This document shows positions 62,606-64,000 of a DNA stretch of 64,000 bases, piece after piece. This DNA comes from Utricularia gibba. Lineage: Eukaryota > Plantae > Magnoliophyta. Below the pieces are notes generated by a model. The model saw only the letters and a list, made by a program, of their open reading frames with translations, made no database searches and had not been told where the DNA came from. Both the position numbers and the translations under genes were made by a program. The stretch covers positions 310,001 through 374,000 of the forward strand of contig NEEC01000025.1 in the NCBI GenBank assembly GCA_002189035.1, read 5' to 3'. Within the stretch, counting starts at the first letter, position 1. Each line of letters opens with the position of its first letter.

Positions 62606-64000
62606 TACCCAAGAAAACGCTAGTCCCTTGGAGGGTCACTGAAAATTGGCGTACTTGACCCACTTGTACGTTTTTCGAACTTGTTTTGATGAAAAGAAAA
62701 CAAAGCATCCCATGGAAAAGGAAAGCAAAGATCACTTTTCTTCCGCTGTCCACGTTCTTGATGAATTATGGGACCAGATTTCAACTGGTGGTAGGGACTA
62801 CCCACTCCAACCATCACAAGAACTTCATATTTTCTCGACGATTGCTGTAAAAACGAAGGTGGAACAGACGCCCATGAAGGCAAAAGCAGGAGTATGAGCA
62901 TCATCAGTATGCAGGGAGTGAGAATTCTGATCCAAAAATGGTCTGTGATCACGTTGTTTCAGGTTAGGGTTACCCTTCAAAGGAAGCATTATTCTCTGCT
63001 GAAAAGTATTGGTCACTTGTTCATGTAACCATCAATCTGGTTGTAATAGGGGACCCGAGGGTCTTTCATCCCCCGGAACATGGAATCAAAGCAAAGATCT
63101 GCACAGACATTCTATCGGATTAGCACAAACAAAAGAAAAAAAATCAGGTCTGAATATTTCCTTGTCTTCGAACTACTCCATTTAATGGTGGCTTACCTTA
63201 ATTTAGGAGATTAGGGTGTGTGCAAAAGGACGAGAGATGTGTGCCTGGAATGGGTGTAGGGGACCTTTGATCCATGTGAAGGTGCCCTGGTGTTGGGGTC
63301 CCTGATCTATTGGCCTAATATTGACTTTCCTGCTGATCCAGTCGCAGTCGCCATGCTTCTGTTATGCTGTAATCTACCTTCCTCTGCATCCTTTGTATTA
63401 CTACAAAGCAATCTTACATCGATAAATGAAAAATGAAAGTAAAACAATAAGTATATGAGATATTGTATATTACTAATAACAATTGAGTTTAATTTTTTTT
63501 AATATGATTTATATTTATTTATATATTTAGAATTTATATGTGTTCGTTTAATTAATCGAATCTTGAATTTCAATACTTTACGCCTCTGGGTTGACTGCAC
63601 ACTTGTTACATCAGATGTGTAAACAGAAGTAGATGAACCAGAGAACCAAATACAAGTTCCTTACAATCCTACACAGGCTTCCGTGCATCTGTGAAGCTAT
63701 TCTTCTATCCGAGACTGGGGTGACAGGGATATGAAATCGGCCCTTCATGTTCAAATTGTCTACTTGTGCTGCACCTGCTGGTCATAATATCCCACATGCC
63801 TCACCAAACAAAAGCAAGCGTTGCAGTTCCCAGTCTCGTTTGTTGTTAAGATAAGCCTACTGCTATTATTTCTTCATACAAAAACCCATGTGGGGGAACC
63901 GTGCTGTTTTGTCATACATTCGACATTAAAACCCAAGGGCGCTGGAGCTCATTATCAAAAGGGCAACCTTGGAATTTGGTGAAATATACTGTAAACAGTA

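Noticed and set aside
63791-63801. ATCCCACATGC, similar to the snRNA upstream sequence element
   Set aside because: It mismatches RTCCCACATCG, has no TATA at the required spacing, and no snRNA-like sequence follows.
63560-64000. Possible last exon of a minus-strand gene beyond the window
   Set aside because: One open frame of about 55 aa with no recognisable homology and no confident splice model.

Overview
Gene-dense eudicot nuclear DNA: 19 supportable protein-coding genes in about 62 kb, with many 60-100 nt introns and very short spacers. A miniaturised genome such as Lentibulariaceae is a guess only. Gene order: DRIP/BMI1-type RING E3 (-), MRS2 Mg transporter (-), RPL23 (-), glutathionyl-hydroquinone reductase (+), NTF2-RRM G3BP-like (+), degenerate LINE relic, ALE2 kinase (+), myosin XI (+), PsaE (-), uncharacterised gene (+), TRM/DUF3741-DUF4378 (+), glycine-rich wall protein (-), pectate lyase (-), UGT80A2 (-), Alba (+), VAMP72 (-), At5g48830-like (+), ASHH3 (+), TBL (+), UGT79-like (+). 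I found no tRNA, rRNA, CRISPR array or recognisable conserved miRNA, and nothing I can support as a new multi-gene system. The notable signals are: seven GC-AG intron candidates, two of them consecutive; a U12-type intron in ASHH3; a 169-nt head-to-head spacer between RPL23 and a plastid GHR; neutralised acidic motifs in MRS2; an elongated PSPG box in UGT79; an unexplained gap of about 3.6 kb with promoter-like features; and five apparent 1-bp deletions that look like assembly errors rather than pseudogenes. All exon boundaries were read by hand and family assignments come from remembered motifs, not database searches.
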